From NCBI GenBank assembly GCA_012646185.1, contig GCA_012646185.1_4706.1: a DNA stretch of 64,000 nucleotides. One strand, 5' to 3'. The notes beneath the pieces are model-generated. The model did no database searches. It saw only the letters and a list, made by a program, of their open reading frames with translations, and was not told where the DNA came from. Below, in pieces: positions 9,975 through 18,707 of the stretch. The stretch is from a phage. Every line of letters begins with the position of its first letter. Within the stretch, counting starts at the first letter, position 1. A program made the translations under genes and the position numbers.

Positions 9975-10505
9975 TTAATTCTGACTTCTCACCTTTTCTA
10001 CCGCTTCAAGAATAGCGTCGTTTAGCCGTTCTCCACGTTCCTCCATTGTCTCATCGCCACTATCTATGTAATTAACGGAATGGATACCCCACGCCCAATA
10101 ACGTGTGTCCATCGACTCTTCTTCCTGGGTAGGATCGTATAATCGACTCGCATTGATGGTCCAGACGTAATCAGCCGACTGTTGTAATAAACATTCACCA
10201 ATAGCGTTTATGTAAGACAGCCCTTCGGTTGTTACCGCAACGATCACGTGCGGGTGCTTACGAACAACTTTTGTGGTTGTTTTCCCATCAACAACCACTT
10301 TACGAGTTACGTTATCGTGTCCTTCGCATGACCACATCGGTGCGATACCAGGCGCGTCCAGTAACGCCCGGCAGGCTGGTAAGATACGTGGTTCGATTTC
10401 ACCTTCTTCGATAGCAGCCCGTGCGCGCTCTTTAAAACGCACCAGTTGTTCTTCAGTGACAACAAAAGAAAACATAATTACTCCTTTCTGGTTCTTCCCC
10501 TCCAC
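9975..10505 (-). CDS. hypothetical protein (176 aa)
   Basis: Long ORF, co-oriented. Confidence 0.55.
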   Translation of the reverse strand: MEGKNQKGVIMFSFVVTEEQLVRFKERARAAIEEGEIEPRILPACRALLDAPGIAPMWSCEGHDNVTRKVVVDGKTTTKVVRKHPHVIVAVTTEGLSYINAIGECLLQQSADYVWTINASRLYDPTQEEESMDTRYWAWGIHSVNYIDSGDETMEERGERLNDAILEAVEKVRSQN

Positions 10506-10546
10506 AGCCTCAGGAAGAGAAGAACCGTTTGCTAAGTTGTTATGTA

Positions 10547-10804
10547 TTAAAATGCATTGATTGGACTGTTCAACGCTTTATCACGGATTTGAATCGCCGC
10601 CAGCATTGCTTTCTGGTACGAATCGTAGGCATCGACAGAAACCGTCATATCAACCAATTCCTTTAATGCGGATTCAGCCGCTTTTACACGGACGCGGAAC
10701 TTGGTGATGGCGTTATCTTTGTTACGATAAACCGTGATGTGGTGCAGCGGTTGAACGTTAGTTTTATTAGTTTTAACGGATTTAGTCGCTTTGATCGTTT
10801 TCAT
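10547..10804 (-). CDS. hypothetical protein (85 aa)
   Basis: ORF with AAGGAAA before ATG at 10804. Confidence 0.45.
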   Translation of the reverse strand: MKTIKATKSVKTNKTNVQPLHHITVYRNKDNAITKFRVRVKAAESALKELVDMTVSVDAYDSYQKAMLAAIQIRDKALNSPINAF

Positions 10805-10848
10805 GATGATTTCCTTCTTTATTAGGATGATTACATTTAGTCAGTTTG

Positions 10849-10883
10849 ACAGCATAAACCCTTCCTGCTTTACGCAGGAAGGG
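10849..10883 (-). terminator. GC hairpin (ccttcctgc/gcaggaagg) followed on minus strand by GTTTATGCTG box
   Basis: Inverted repeat 10859-10868/10874-10883 with 5-nt loop, between stop of 10898-11395 and start of 10547-10804. Confidence 0.45.
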
Positions 10884-10897
10884 CATACGGATTTGTT

Positions 10898-11395
10898 TTA
10901 CGTGTGTCGTCGTTTACCAAAGAAAATGTGGCTATCTACCACGGTGATATTGGTAGCATGTTTTCTGAAATGTTTAGGGCGAAGATGTTTCGCGTTAAAG
11001 AATACGGCTCCTCGTGTTGGGTCGGCTTTATGGTAAGCCGTAATGTCGGTATAACGTAATGTTGCGACCTCTCGTGCTATTGCTCTTGCTCGCTCAAAAG
11101 CAGCACGATCGCGTATGACAATACGCCTTTGTTTTGTCCAGGGGAATTGACCTCTTTGCAGTACGACGTCTTTGACGTTCGTAGGGAATCGGTAGTCCAT
11201 AGATCGATTATGTATTAAAAACGCCACGGAGTATTGCCCTTTTACAGATTCGCCTCTGGCTTCCATATACACAGCACATGCGACGATCTCTTTCCGGCAA
11301 TCGATTCTAGGCCCTGCGTTCACTGATGCTTGACTGAACGGTGTAATAAGCAACATAACAAGCCCTAAAATCAACGTGTGTAAAATACCTTGCAT
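10898..11395 (-). CDS. secreted cell wall hydrolase, SleB/CwlJ-like (Hydrolase_2 family), candidate endolysin
   Basis: Signal-peptide-like N-terminus MQGILHTLILGLVMLLITPFSQASV; motif MEARGESVKGQYSVAFLIHNRS...RFPTNVKDVVLQRGQFPW matches the SleB-type hydrolase signature. Confidence 0.65.
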   Translation of the reverse strand: MQGILHTLILGLVMLLITPFSQASVNAGPRIDCRKEIVACAVYMEARGESVKGQYSVAFLIHNRSMDYRFPTNVKDVVLQRGQFPWTKQRRIVIRDRAAFERARAIAREVATLRYTDITAYHKADPTRGAVFFNAKHLRPKHFRKHATNITVVDSHIFFGKRRHT

Positions 11396-11647
11396 CTTAA
11401 TAACCTCACGATAAGGTGCTGTCCACTGGCGTCTTGATAACGCATCCCGTCATCGGGTTGTTCTATTCAGCGGGCAGCAGGTTAGCGTCAGATGTTTGCC
11501 CGACATCCACGACAGAAATAAACGGTACTGAAATTACGGTCTCCTCTGGTTTGGCAATAAACATAACGTTGGATAACAGAACCCATTTCCCGCATCCAAC
11601 GCGGTAAAGGTGTACATCGTTTGAATTCATATAGTTTCTCAAAGATG

Positions 11648-12016
11648 TTAACCTCTACCGTCAAGCCATAGGTTGTATTTATCCCGAACATACGGATCGC
11701 GATAAATACGTCGATAGACTTGATGTGGTATAAACTTGCAATGTACGAGTTCGTCGCTTAATTTATGCCGTCGCTCCATACCGTTGTGAATACGACGTAT
11801 CTCCCGGATATTAAAGGTTGTTTTATTCAAGAGAATAGACATAATGGCAGATCGATGATCCAGATTAAAGATCGCCATCACGCTTCGTATCTCGCGTAAA
11901 ACAACTTCTCTATCGACAAGGATGCGATTAGTTAACTTAAGATTCTCCGTGATACCCATAACCTTCATCCTCGACACGTCGACACATCGGTAAAAATAAA
12001 CACCAGCTTGTTGCAC
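11648..12016 (-). CDS. hypothetical protein (122 aa)
   Basis: ORF co-oriented; overlaps next ORF. Confidence 0.45.
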   Translation of the reverse strand: MQQAGVYFYRCVDVSRMKVMGITENLKLTNRILVDREVVLREIRSVMAIFNLDHRSAIMSILLNKTTFNIREIRRIHNGMERRHKLSDELVHCKFIPHQVYRRIYRDPYVRDKYNLWLDGRG

Positions 12017-12308
12017 TGAGGATCGCCGTTGCGATGATATTTGCTATATCACTCAGTCGAGCATCGACCTGCCACATAACAAGCATGAAAAGAACGTACG
12101 CGAACCCATACACGACAAACCGTCTGATGTTACGCGTCGACCACGTACAAATATACAAAAGGGGAAGCTGCCCTATAACACAAACGATGGTTCGGATAAC
12201 GTAATAAACGCGTTCCGTCGTTGTTTCAAAATCGATATTCGTTGCAGAAATCCCAATCATTATAAAAGTGAAAATGAAATAGATTTTTGCGTATGTCTTT
12301 AAACTCAT
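11937..12308 (-). CDS. multi-pass membrane protein (123 aa), holin-like candidate
   Basis: Several hydrophobic segments (IYFIFTFIMIGISA, LPLLYICTW, VVYGFAYVLFMLVMW); lies in the lysis-like cluster. Confidence 0.5.
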   Translation of the reverse strand: MSLKTYAKIYFIFTFIMIGISATNIDFETTTERVYYVIRTIVCVIGQLPLLYICTWSTRNIRRFVVYGFAYVLFMLVMWQVDARLSDIANIIATAILSATSWCLFLPMCRRVEDEGYGYHGES

Positions 12309-12324
12309 GGCTTTTCCCGATCGT

Positions 12325-12519
12325 TTATTTGTGTTTTCCTACATTCCTCAACAAGGTAACGATAACGAATACCGCTATCATCAAGAAGACGAACCATAAC
12401 CCTACGTTAATTCGGGCAGCAGGTTCATCGACCATGAAGAACATCATCCCACAAAACCCAATGACCATCCATGCTAGAACCATCCCCGTTAATCCCCGTA
12501 GTAGCATATGTCCCATCAT
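12325..12519 (-). CDS. small two-TM membrane protein (~64 aa from revised start)
   Basis: Start moved to ATG at 12519 (MMGHMLL), preceded by GAAGGAG; hydrophobic segments LTGMVLAWMVIGFCGMMFF and LWFVFLMIAVFVIVTLL. Confidence 0.5.
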   Translation of the reverse strand: MMGHMLLRGLTGMVLAWMVIGFCGMMFFMVDEPAARINVGLWFVFLMIAVFVIVTLLRNVGKHK

Positions 12520-12692
12520 GAACTCCTTCCTACTTTTTCTGATAAAGCGATGATTCAAATTTTAGAAACACCGCTAACGCGAGTGCGATTAATAACGCAC
12601 GTACCCACATACCTCCTTGACAACTGTTGTACAACATAAAGACCAGAGCAATGCCGCCCATATGCAGGCGGCACTTATCGAACAATGTTGGT

Positions 12693-12920
12693 TTATACAT
12701 AAGAGATTAAACGTTGAATGATTTTTACTTTGCCTTTACCTGGACCTTTCTTGCGGCGATTCAACAGACGGATACTGTTTCCAGTTACGGTGTCGCCATC
12801 ATAATCAGCCTGGAACTGTGATAAAAAAGCAGGTTGTATCTGATCGACACCAGGATTGCTGTGGAAAGGATTGAGGCTTAAAAGAGGGTTAGCTGGAATC
12901 ATCGTATTGTCCTTACTCAA
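12693..12920 (-). CDS. hypothetical protein (75 aa)
   Basis: Short ORF, co-oriented; weak support. Confidence 0.35.
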   Translation of the reverse strand: MSKDNTMIPANPLLSLNPFHSNPGVDQIQPAFLSQFQADYDGDTVTGNSIRLLNRRKKGPGKGKVKIIQRLISYV

Positions 12921-13271
12921 TTATTTACCCAGATAGAGATATTCACCGCCCTGAACAACACCGGTTGCTGGATCAACAAGTATACGAACCCGCGCGTAGG
13001 TCTTGAAAGAGGGGTTGAAAACTTCGAAGTCTGCCACTTTCAATTTCACGCTGGGGTTGGTAGGGTTCTTAACTCCAGGGAGTTCTTTCGGGGTACCGAA
13101 ATCAACACCGCATTCTTCAAGGTCTGCTGGCGTCATGCTCTCCATGGCCATGTAGATTGCTTTTGCTTTATCGTAAACTTCTGGGCTATCCAGCAATCCA
13201 GCCTGCGCTGAACCGACAACACTACCGAACAGAATAGCAACAGCAACAAACAATTTAGTTAACGTTTTCAT
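12921..13271 (-). CDS. small secreted protein (116 aa)
   Basis: Signal-peptide-like N-terminus MKTLTKLFVAVAILFGSVVGSAQA; no lipobox cysteine. Confidence 0.55.
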   Translation of the reverse strand: MKTLTKLFVAVAILFGSVVGSAQAGLLDSPEVYDKAKAIYMAMESMTPADLEECGVDFGTPKELPGVKNPTNPSVKLKVADFEVFNPSFKTYARVRILVDPATGVVQGGEYLYLGK

Positions 13272-13307
13272 GATATTTTCCTCGAAAGTAAAATGTTACA
13301 ATACCTA

Positions 13308-13730
13308 TTAACGTACGGCCGCTACGCTGTTAGCGCATGCCTGAATATCATCGGTATTTACGATGATGGTTTCGTTAAACGCACGAATACGCGCACGACG
13401 TGCTTCTTTAAGGCTGGCGATTGCGCTAGCAGCTTGATCTGTATTCGCAAGGCTAATAACCGGGATCAAACGCATGTCAGGACTGCAGATATTCAATGCT
13501 TGGTATACACGTCCATTGATTCCTACGGTATCAGACATCGGATAGTGCGCACGGCATTGAAATTGACCCATGACAACAAGCGAACGATCGGAGATACCAA
13601 TTTGATAACGCCCGTCTTCGCTGTAGGCGTAGCAGTTATTCCCACGAGCCATCCAGTTAGCCTGTGCTTGCGTGCTAACAAAAGCCAGAGTGGTAACGAT
13701 AGCGAATACGATATTTTTGAACAGTTTCAT
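13308..13730 (-). CDS. small secreted protein (140 aa)
   Basis: Signal-peptide-like N-terminus MKLFKNIVFAIVTTLAFVSTQAQA; AAGGA before ATG. Confidence 0.55.
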   Translation of the reverse strand: MKLFKNIVFAIVTTLAFVSTQAQANWMARGNNCYAYSEDGRYQIGISDRSLVVMGQFQCRAHYPMSDTVGINGRVYQALNICSPDMRLIPVISLANTDQAASAIASLKEARRARIRAFNETIIVNTDDIQACANSVAAVR

Positions 13731-13788
13731 GATAAAGATCCTTATTGAAATAAAATCGGTATAAAGGCCCCCATTTAGGGGGACCTGA

Positions 13789-14106
13789 TTAGTTTGCGCG
13801 TAAGAAATGACCCAGAACCGTTACGATTGGAAACAGCCCTGTAACAGTATCATCGCCCGAAAACATCATCATTGTTCCGTTAACGGTGATGAAACGGATG
13901 TCGGTTGCGGACCCATCGATAGCGACAAAACGCATCGAGTTCGGTGGAAGGTCCTCAACCACTTCCACGAGATACTCGCGATTATCAAAGGCTTCTTTAA
14001 CACGACGCATGAAACGAATCAATGTTCCTTCCGCGTCGGCTTCCAAATGACCTAAGATATCGCGATTATTACGACTAGCAAATACAGCCATTTTAAACAT
14101 ACACAT
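13789..14106 (-). CDS. hypothetical protein (105 aa)
   Basis: ORF with AAAAGGA before ATG at 14106; conserved 20-mer about 70 nt upstream. Confidence 0.5.
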   Translation of the reverse strand: MCMFKMAVFASRNNRDILGHLEADAEGTLIRFMRRVKEAFDNREYLVEVVEDLPPNSMRFVAIDGSATDIRFITVNGTMMMFSGDDTVTGLFPIVTVLGHFLRAN

Positions 14107-14176
14107 CTTGACATCCTTTTATATTGGATTGATTGCTAATAGTTCAAGGTGAAGCTGATTACTGCATTGCTTCACC

Positions 14177-14196
14177 TAAGTAATATAGCCGTGAAA
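14177..14196 (-). promoter_or_regulatory. conserved 20-mer taagtaatatagccgtgaaa (minus-sense TTTCACGGCTATATTACTTA), candidate early promoter element
   Basis: Identical 20-mer recurs at 42189-42208; both are intergenic and upstream of minus-strand genes; contains TATATTAC. Confidence 0.4.
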
Positions 14197-14214
14197 ATTA
14201 ATGTATTAACCTAT

Positions 14215-15171
14215 TCACGCTTTTGCTAAGTAGGGTTGGATCTCATTAATCCGTTTAACCACAACCTCAGGGAAAAGTTTGAGTATTTCATCAGGTGGTA
14301 TCGCACCTTCTGTCCAACGATAACGTTCAACCATCTCAATGCGTGGACTCCCTCCGACGTCAGCGATACGAAAGATACAGGCGATGCCTAAATCGAAACA
14401 TACGCTGTAAATATCTTCCGTACCTCCTTTATCTGCAAGTATTTTCGCAAAATGCTCGTTATCCGGAAGAATGGCTAAATTACGGATACACCAAACATTA
14501 TCCCCCATTTCTTCAAGTTTTGGGTAGGTTAAAGTGTGCCCGTATTGTGTTAACCATCGATGATTTTCTAGGTAGAAGTCCTTATCTCCGGGTCGATAAC
14601 CCCGTAACACCGCCGTGTAGAAGAGATTGGGCATATCGAGCAGTTCTTGAATCGTTGGACCCGTATGCTCCCAAAGACAGATTTGTTTACGGTCTATATC
14701 GTAATCTGTGACGTTACTCACCTCCCAACTTATCGTAAGTTCGTCAACAACATGCCAACCTAAAGCCTGTTCACCACCAAGCAGATTAACAATGGCTGTT
14801 ATTTCATACTTGTCAAATACACCTAAATTACGCGGCGGCTGCATCGTACGTAATGGCTCCCACAGCACACTGTAATCATAGAGCAAATGACGACATAAAC
14901 TTTTTGTTAGGGGTGTCTGTTCAGTGAACAGTGGAAGAATCACTGTATCTAATAACGGGCGTAACGGATGATCATTCGGTGGTAACGGGGCAGCCAGCCG
15001 ACCTCCTTCTTTGGGGTAATCGAGACCAAACCCGTAACGCTCCGAAATGAGTGCAATCAGCACTTTTGCTACGCGGTTACGTAGCATGCGATGGATATCA
15101 TCACTGTAACTGAATTTCGGTTTATTACCGCAAACGAAGGTGAAGTATCTGGGCGTTAGCACAGCCATCAT
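14215..15171 (-). CDS. hypothetical protein (318 aa)
   Basis: Long ORF, co-oriented. Confidence 0.6.
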   Translation of the reverse strand: MMAVLTPRYFTFVCGNKPKFSYSDDIHRMLRNRVAKVLIALISERYGFGLDYPKEGGRLAAPLPPNDHPLRPLLDTVILPLFTEQTPLTKSLCRHLLYDYSVLWEPLRTMQPPRNLGVFDKYEITAIVNLLGGEQALGWHVVDELTISWEVSNVTDYDIDRKQICLWEHTGPTIQELLDMPNLFYTAVLRGYRPGDKDFYLENHRWLTQYGHTLTYPKLEEMGDNVWCIRNLAILPDNEHFAKILADKGGTEDIYSVCFDLGIACIFRIADVGGSPRIEMVERYRWTEGAIPPDEILKLFPEVVVKRINEIQPYLAKA

Positions 15172-15178
15172 CTTTCCC

Positions 15179-15625
15179 TCAATCTAAATAGTACGTGATG
15201 GATAGGTCTTTTCCATCGAATACAATATCCGTGCAGTCATGGATGGTCGGTAATACCATTTTTGCTGCTATTGGGACGTATGCCTGCAGTTCCATGAAGT
15301 TATTCATACGGAACGCGCGACGTACCATCAGCGGTGTTAGTGTAAACGTTACGCTGACGTTACCGCTTGGGAGCAGGTGCATTATCGCATGCCCATGATC
15401 GCACCAACAATGGTTTTCGATCCATCCGGTGTAAATCAGAATGTCTTTATCTTCGTCGTAATAAGCAATGCCGGTCTGCTTTAAGTGGCTGGTAAATCGA
15501 GAGGCTTGCTCGTAGCCCGCACGCAACATTCGAGCAACCAGTCGAGTATTGTTAGCGATTCGATTCTGTTCGTTGGTTTTTGTGGTTTTGAAAATTTCGA
15601 TACGTTCTGCTTTTGTAATTTGCAT
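15179..15625 (-). CDS. hypothetical protein (148 aa)
   Basis: ORF, co-oriented, 7-nt gap to next gene. Confidence 0.55.
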   Translation of the reverse strand: MQITKAERIEIFKTTKTNEQNRIANNTRLVARMLRAGYEQASRFTSHLKQTGIAYYDEDKDILIYTGWIENHCWCDHGHAIMHLLPSGNVSVTFTLTPLMVRRAFRMNNFMELQAYVPIAAKMVLPTIHDCTDIVFDGKDLSITYYLD

Positions 15626-15703
15626 GATTACTGTCCTTTTGAAATATGTTTAGATAAGGAGGATTTACCGGGTATTAAAAAGTTATTTGGTGTGTAATGT
15701 TTT

Positions 15704-16303
15704 TTACTTAGGTTCCAGTGTTGGTCCGAACAACCAGAATGTCAGACGCTGGTAAACCTGTTCGATGACTGCGGCTTCTGTTTGCTCTTCTAGTGCTTTC
15801 CCTTTCTTATGTTGTATTTCTGGCGGGATGTCGCCGTTGTAAACATACCCTGCTGAGAAGTCCCACGCCAGCCGTTTACCGAAAGTAGGTAAGAACACCT
15901 CTTCGAATCGGAACGCTTTCGAATTCCAATGCAACAGCTGATCGGATTCAACATGTAAAGCTTTATTACGTTTGCTTGGCATGTTTCCGAAGTACTGAAC
16001 GATAGCTGATTTCATAACCTGATCTGCGAAGTCTTTGGCTTCGGCCTCATCGAGGGGAGGCAGACGATGTGATAGATTCAGCTTGCGTTGTTCAACATCG
16101 ATCTTACGCATCGCTTTAATCAAATCACTAGGAACGATTTTACCCTTATGGCCTTCCTGTCGGTGTATGAAACACCCCTGGAATAACACGCAAAGTTCTT
16201 GAGGCGCGCTACTTTCCATTCGTCCGTAAGCAACGATCACCGAACGACGACGATCAATAACTTCGCGGATAAACCGCGGCTCAGTAATACTCACCACTGT
16301 CAT
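15704..16303 (-). CDS. hypothetical protein (199 aa)
   Basis: ORF, co-oriented. Confidence 0.55.
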   Translation of the reverse strand: MTVVSITEPRFIREVIDRRRSVIVAYGRMESSAPQELCVLFQGCFIHRQEGHKGKIVPSDLIKAMRKIDVEQRKLNLSHRLPPLDEAEAKDFADQVMKSAIVQYFGNMPSKRNKALHVESDQLLHWNSKAFRFEEVFLPTFGKRLAWDFSAGYVYNGDIPPEIQHKKGKALEEQTEAAVIEQVYQRLTFWLFGPTLEPK

Positions 16304-16347
16304 TTAAAGCCCTCTTTATCTTTTTCCATTTCTCTTTACATAACCAC

Positions 16348-17073
16348 TTAAGACGTTGCCATCTTATCTTCCAGAGACTTCTTCGGTAAACCATGGATAA
16401 CTCCTTCCGGGGTTAAGAACACACAGTCTGGATTCTGCGTTCGTGAACGGTCATCTGGGCTGTTCAACGAAAACAACAACGCAGAAATACCTTTTGTCCG
16501 ATTTAACGTTGCGACGATCACATCAAGCTGCCGTAGCGCATCCGATACGGTTCGATGAGGAACGATTCGCGACTGTTTGAAGCTGGCTAACCGCCAAGTC
16601 TCGAACAAACAACGCAGTTTAAACACGTCGGACGGAATAGCTGTAGATCCCTGTTCGATGACCTCAACCCGATCAGCTTCAGGATAACCTACAGCAACCG
16701 CACTAAAGTGTCTTACCCCATTATGAAAATCATCGATAGACGCTTCAGCGTATTTACATACCGTACCAGAAACGACCATCACTTTTGCTAAACCGCGATA
16801 ATTGATCGTTAACGGAATACGAAATACGCGTAAAGCATGTTCCGGATTTAATGAGACGTCATTCACTTTCGCAGATACCAGCGCACCTCGTTCATATCGA
16901 GCTTTGAACGGCAGCCCATTATAAACGGGGTTGATTACAACGCCCCCTGGGGAGGCGTTAGCATTAAGATGAGTGTTAAGCCAATCGGATACTTCCTGTC
17001 TGCTGGTTACGATTAACATAAAACGGTCCTCCATTTCTTTTCCTTCATTCATGGCGCATATCTTCCAAATCAT
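16348..17073 (-). CDS. hypothetical protein (241 aa)
   Basis: ORF, co-oriented; overlaps upstream gene end. Confidence 0.55.
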   Translation of the reverse strand: MIWKICAMNEGKEMEDRFMLIVTSRQEVSDWLNTHLNANASPGGVVINPVYNGLPFKARYERGALVSAKVNDVSLNPEHALRVFRIPLTINYRGLAKVMVVSGTVCKYAEASIDDFHNGVRHFSAVAVGYPEADRVEVIEQGSTAIPSDVFKLRCLFETWRLASFKQSRIVPHRTVSDALRQLDVIVATLNRTKGISALLFSLNSPDDRSRTQNPDCVFLTPEGVIHGLPKKSLEDKMATS

Positions 17074-17695
17074 CCTTTTGTTTTGTAAATTCTGATTGCT
17101 TGCGATAAACCTCCCATGAGTCGTATATACCGTAAAAGTTCAAATGGCGTGCATTTAAGTTCACGGTGAATTCTTCCACAGAGGCAAAATCCGAACGAAG
17201 CATCGAATGGAAGGTGTCATCTCCAGTGCAGCCTCCGTATCCTTCACCCTGATAGACCAAAAGCTGGTGGGGTTGGATACGTGCGGCAACCAACGCAGCT
17301 TGTGGTTCGTCGTAAGGTGGCCATGACAGTAGAATAACGTCGTACTGTGAAAGATCGATGTTTGTGTAGTCGGCTTGCTGAATGTCCTCGATAAACGGGT
17401 GGGGATGTAATTCCGTATCGTAAGCGGTAATGTCCTCAACACCAAGTTTACGCAACACATAGGTCAGGTAACCTGTCCCACAACCCAGGTCAGCAACACG
17501 TCGCCCGTAACAGATGTTTGCTAACTGGAGCGCGGTATCCATGGTTAACAACGACCATCCGATGTGTTGGGTATATTCTTCACGGACAATCCATTGTTGA
17601 TGGTGCGTCATCGGTTCTAAGATAGCAGCAAGCTGCTGGTACGGCAACGGCATTTTGGTTTCGCCTTGCGTGAGTAATGCGATAACATCGTTCAT
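17045..17695 (-). CDS. SAM-dependent methyltransferase (class I fold), substrate unknown
   Basis: Motif I VADLGCGTGYLTY and a downstream LLSWPPYDE segment resembling the (D/N/S)PPY box; start set at ATG 17695 (MNDV) with AAAGGA SD; the track start at 17728 lies in a hairpin loop. Confidence 0.55.
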   Translation of the reverse strand: MNDVIALLTQGETKMPLPYQQLAAILEPMTHHQQWIVREEYTQHIGWSLLTMDTALQLANICYGRRVADLGCGTGYLTYVLRKLGVEDITAYDTELHPHPFIEDIQQADYTNIDLSQYDVILLSWPPYDEPQAALVAARIQPHQLLVYQGEGYGGCTGDDTFHSMLRSDFASVEEFTVNLNARHLNFYGIYDSWEVYRKQSEFTKQKDDLEDMRHE

Positions 17696-17710
17696 TTTGT
17701 TTCCTTTTAT

Positions 17711-17738
17711 CGGCATAAGCCCTCCCATGTCGGGAGGG
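17711..17738 (-). promoter_or_regulatory. GC hairpin CCCTCCC/GGGAGGG followed on minus strand by CTTATGCCG box
   Basis: Arms 17720-17726 and 17732-17738; same box as at 32318-32326. Confidence 0.4.
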
Positions 17739-17743
17739 TACGA

Positions 17744-18172
17744 TTATTCATTTTCAATAACTTTAAGATTCGGTGTACCGAGCGTTTTCTTCACCAACGC
17801 CTCAGCGACGCGTTTCTCGATGAAATCGGTCGCATTGCTTCCGTCTATCGTACGCATATCACCACGGAAATTGTTGAAGACCATAAACAAGTCACAACCG
17901 TCGATAGGTATCGCAAGATCATAACTGACTTGTGATGCGGTGAAATGGACACCCACGACAACGGCGGGAACGAATTTAACTGCTGTGTTATCTCCTTCTT
18001 CCCCGGTTCCGAACGGAAGCTCAACACGATCACCGATAGAGAACTGTGTGACATCATTAATCGCGTGAGTTAATGCAATTCGTTGCATGTTAGCGATATT
18101 TTCATTATTCGCATCACAAGGTAGATCCAGGACTTCTTCCAACGTGAAGAATTTACGATCGAACCAGCTCAT
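17744..18172 (-). CDS. hypothetical protein (142 aa)
   Basis: ORF, co-oriented, 1-nt gap to GNAT gene. Confidence 0.5.
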   Translation of the reverse strand: MSWFDRKFFTLEEVLDLPCDANNENIANMQRIALTHAINDVTQFSIGDRVELPFGTGEEGDNTAVKFVPAVVVGVHFTASQVSYDLAIPIDGCDLFMVFNNFRGDMRTIDGSNATDFIEKRVAEALVKKTLGTPNLKVIENE

Positions 18173-18173
18173 G

Positions 18174-18707
18174 TTAAGCTCCTTTGTGTTTTACGGACGA
18201 TGTTAACCAGGACGATCTTACCGTGAAACCCTCAGACTCATAGAACGCCTGGGCTTCATCATTGTCGGCGCGAACATCCAGACCGATAGAATGACCACCG
18301 CATTGGTAAGCGATGTTACGTGCTTCGTTCATCAAGGCATGGCCGATCCCGCGTCCGCGATATTCGGGTTTTACAATAATCGATGTAACGTCATAAATGC
18401 CCATATGGCTCTCTGTATTCACTTCCAAGAGACCTACCGGCATCGAAGCGATAGCATCGATCATAACGACCAACATTGCAGTGTCTGGTAAACGCTTTTC
18501 TAATTCTAAAGCATCGTACTCGCGTTTTAAATCGGGGATATTCTCAAACATAAACGTGGTAGCCCATGCCTCTGATTCTACATCGTCGAGAATACGGTAC
18601 AGCTCACGAATCTGTCGTTTATGCGGGTAAAGGTGTGGATCGGCAGCCGTTGAGGCGATAACGCAATAGAACGGCCTTTCATTAATAACTACTGTTTTGA
18701 TGCTCAT
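18174..18707 (-). CDS. GNAT family N-acetyltransferase
   Basis: Acetyl-CoA binding motif IVKPEYRGRGIGHALMNEA followed by FYESEGF. Confidence 0.7.
   Translation of the reverse strand: MSIKTVVINERPFYCVIASTAADPHLYPHKRQIRELYRILDDVESEAWATTFMFENIPDLKREYDALELEKRLPDTAMLVVMIDAIASMPVGLLEVNTESHMGIYDVTSIIVKPEYRGRGIGHALMNEARNIAYQCGGHSIGLDVRADNDEAQAFYESEGFTVRSSWLTSSVKHKGA

Noticed and set aside
12530-12690. Small ORF starting at ATG 12690
   Set aside because: Recomputing the frame showed it ends after 32 codons with no Shine-Dalgarno; only the 43-aa frame from 12661 remains as a weak candidate.
17696-17728. Track start codon of the methyltransferase ORF at 17728
   Set aside because: That ATG sits in the loop of the CCCTCCC/GGGAGGG hairpin; the ATG at 17695 has a proper AAAGGA Shine-Dalgarno.
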